Positions 35,013 through 37,664 of a stretch of 37,664 bases of DNA are shown here, piece after piece. Each line of letters opens with the position of its first letter. Position 1 is the stretch's first letter. The stretch lies in contig NC_091473.1 of the NCBI RefSeq assembly GCF_036971445.1, forward strand, positions 250,878,337-250,916,000. The letters are read 5' to 3'. The DNA comes from Narcine bancroftii (lineage: Eukaryota). The notes under the pieces are model-generated. The model made no database searches. It had not been told where the DNA came from and saw only the letters and a program-made list of their open reading frames with translations. The translations under genes and the position numbers were made by a program.

Positions 35013-35141
35013 CATGGACATTTACCCCTCCATAAATCTTCATCCGCGAAGCCAAGCCAAAGAAGAGAGTAGCTTAGTGTAGATTTACAGAACAGACTCG
35101 ATGGGCCTAGTGGCCTGCTTCTGTTCCTTCGTCTTGTGATC

Positions 35142-36170
35142 CCAATTATAATTGGAAGAGCAAGATAAATTACTAAAGCCCCTGACAATCACAGAAATAC
35201 ATGATACACTACTGACATTACCAAATAATAAAGCACAGATGTATTTCCTACAGAGTTTTATAAGGTATTCAATAATCTATAAATTCTGCCACTCTTAGAG
35301 GTAATGAAACAGGTGGAAGAGACCAGAATTTACCTGACTCATGTAAAATGACAATTATCGCAGTAATTAGAAAAACAGGAAAAAATCATTGTCACTGGCT
35401 TCATGGAGACCAATATCTTTACTAAATACAGTTTATAAATAAATAGCAAAATTACTAGCAAATAGATAAATAGACTGTGTACGAAATTAGTGACACTAGA
35501 TTAGACAAGATTTGTTAAAAATAGGAAAGTGGCAAATAATGTCTGTAAATTTATTAATTTAATGCATTCAGCACAAATAAATAAAACAGCTGTGGCAGGG
35601 GCTCTTGATGCAGAGAAAGCTTTTGACAGGGTGCAATGGAATCTGTTTAAAGTACGAGGAAATTCAAATTACCAGAAAGAAATTACTAATTGGAAAAAAG
35701 CATTGAATAATGGTTCTTTGGCAAAATAATGGTGACAAATAGATATGTTTAAGACCACTTTAAATTCAGTAGATCAACAAGACAGGGATGCGCATTATCA
35801 CCATACCAGTTTCCTTTGGCTATTGAACCACTGGCAGAGCTGATAAGAAAAGAACTTACAACAAAGAGAATTAAAGTAAAAGTGGAAGAATTTAAAATTA
35901 ACATTTTCAGATGATATTAAAGTATATTTAACAGACCCAGACACATCAATAAAAAGGTTATATGCAAAATTGAAAGAATATGGGGCAATCGTTGATAAAA
36001 GTGAAGTGATGACAATAAAAAAAGTGGATTATACAAAATGTAAAAAGGAAATCCCTTTAAAATGGCAATCACAGGCTATACCTTACCTAGGTATCATGAT
36101 AGATGATAATTTAAATCATTTGTATAAATTAAATTAGCAACCATTAATAAGGAAATACAGGAAGATTCGA
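35142..36170 (+). mobile_element. L1/Tx1-like LINE ORF2 RT remnant
   Basis: EFYK, WRPISLLN, ALDAEKAFDRV, TRQGCALSP, FSDDI and YLGI motifs with many stops and frameshifts. Confidence 0.85.
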
Positions 36171-37664
36171 CAATGGCTGAAAGGGAGAAGCCAGAGAGTA
36201 GTGGTGGATGATTGCTTCTCAGTCTGGATGACTGTGACTAGTGGTGTGCCTCAGGCATCGGTGCTGGGATCATTGTTGTTTGTCATCTATATCAATGATC
36301 TGGTTGACAAAGTGATAAATTGGATAAACAAGTTTGCAGATGACACTAAGATTGGAGGTGTTGTGGACAGTGAAGAAGGATTTCAAATCTTGCAGAGGGA
36401 ACTGGACCAGCTGGTAGAATGGACTGAAAATTGGCAGATGGAATTAAATGCAGACAAGTATGAGGTGTTGTCTTTTGGAGGGACATACATAGAAAGGACA
36501 TAAACAGTGAATGGTCAGACTCTGAGGATCCAGCGGAACAGAGGGATCAGGAAATACAGATAGTGAATTCCCTAAAAGTGTCATCACATGACGATAGGTC
36601 TGCAAATAGAGATTTTGACATATTGGCCTTCATTAACCAAAATATTGAGTGTAGGAGTTGGGATGTTATGTTAAAGTTGTATAAGACATTAGTGAGGCCA
36701 AATTTGGAGAATTGTGTGCAGTTTTGGTCACATAACACAAGAAAGATATCAATAAGATAGAAAGTGTGGAGATAAAATTTATAGGATGTTGCTCAAACAT
36801 CACGGAATAAGATACAAAGTAAGGTGAAACAGGTTAGAACTTTATTCCCTGCAGCATAGAAGAATGAGTCTGTTTGATAGAAGTATATAAATTATGATAG
36901 TAAATATAGAGATGCTTTTTCCACTGAGAGTAGGTGAGATACAAACCAGAGGATATACGTTTAGGATGAAAGAGGAAAGCTTTACAGGGAACATTAATGG
37001 AAACCTCTTCATACGGAAAGTGGTGGGAGCTGCTAGCTAAAGAGGTGAATGCAGGCTCATTTATGAAGAACATGGACAGGTATATAGATGGGGGGTTCAT
37101 GGAGGCCCATGGAGTGAGAGCAGGTCAGTGGGACTAGGCAAGCACAAATGGTTCAGCACAGTTTGGAAGGGCTGAAGGGGGCTGATACAGTGCTGTACTG
37201 TTCTATGGTTCTAAGGTTTTATGGGAGGTTGAGGCCTTATAAGGCACTGGTGAGACCTCCCCTGGAGTATTGGGAGCTCTTCATGGAAGAGCTGATGTTG
37301 GGAAGGGTCCAGAGGAGGTTCTCACGGATGATTCGGGGGAATGAAAGGGTTATCATATGAGGGGTGTTTAACAGCTCTCATCCTGTACTCAATGGAATTT
37401 AGGAGAATGAGCGTTCTCATTGAAACATTTCAAATGTTGAGAGGTGTGTTCAAAGTAAATGTAGAAAGGATTTTTCCCCATGGTGGGAAAGTCCAGGACC
37501 TCACTTCAGGATTGAAGGGCCTCCACTTAGAACAGAGGTGCAGAGGAATTTCTTCAGCCAGAGTGTGATAAATCAGTGGAATTTGTTGCCACCGGCACTG
37601 GGTGTATTTAGAGCTGAGATTGGTAGGTTCTTCATTACCCATGGCAGTGGGGCTGAGTGGGAAC
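36171..37664 (+). mobile_element. CR1 LINE fragments (RT to 3' tail about 36171-37215; second fragment about 37225 to window end)
   Basis: VTSGVPQASVLGSLLFVIYINDL...KFADDTKIGG, LYKTLVRPNLENCVQFWS and YKALVRPPLEY motifs. Confidence 0.88.

Larger units (their letters stand above)
30870..35065 (+). mobile_element. Near full-length RTE-clade LINE
   Basis: Exact 13-bp TSD agagtagcttagt at 30857-30869 and 35066-35078; single APE-RT ORF; 3' end gccaagccaaagaag shared with the copy at 25272-25741. Confidence 0.96.
30506..35141 (+). mobile_element. CR1 LINE 3' fragment split by the RTE insertion (parts 30506-30869 and 35079-35141)
   Basis: MFPLVGESRTRGHSLKIRG...FFSHRVVGRWNSL; the CR1 tail (gatgggcctagtggcctgcttctgttcct) resumes after the RTE TSD. 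Confidence 0.85.

Overview
Eukaryotic, repeat-rich vertebrate genomic DNA. The repeat landscape (CR1 LINEs, V-SINE/HE1-like SINEs, Rex/Babar, Penelope-like, L1/Tx1-like) suggests a cartilaginous fish (inference). Most ORF-track entries are spurious or transposon-derived. The host content is a tandem CD300/pIgR-like immune receptor cluster on the + strand. Gene 1 was reconstructed from phase-compatible GT-AG exons: IgV 3622-3945, stalk 9098-9164 and probably 9272-9364, transmembrane 11918-12015, cytoplasmic 15031-15086, and a tentative last exon 20061-20186; its leader exon was not found. A second, pseudogenised IgV exon lies at 27715-28029. The most notable mobile-DNA observations are: (1) a retroposed chimera of the 5' 64 nt of U6 snRNA fused to an L1/Tx1-like 3' end (10085-10787); (2) a young, near full-length RTE LINE (30870-35065, exact 13-bp TSD) resembling AviRTE-type elements, with an inverted GC-rich minisatellite 5' end, nested inside CR1 inside L1; (3) a dimeric 'composite' hAT MITE family; (4) recurrent Penelope-type hammerhead-like motifs with a variant core. 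Repeat boundaries without TSDs are approximate, and family assignments come from recalled motifs, not database searches.
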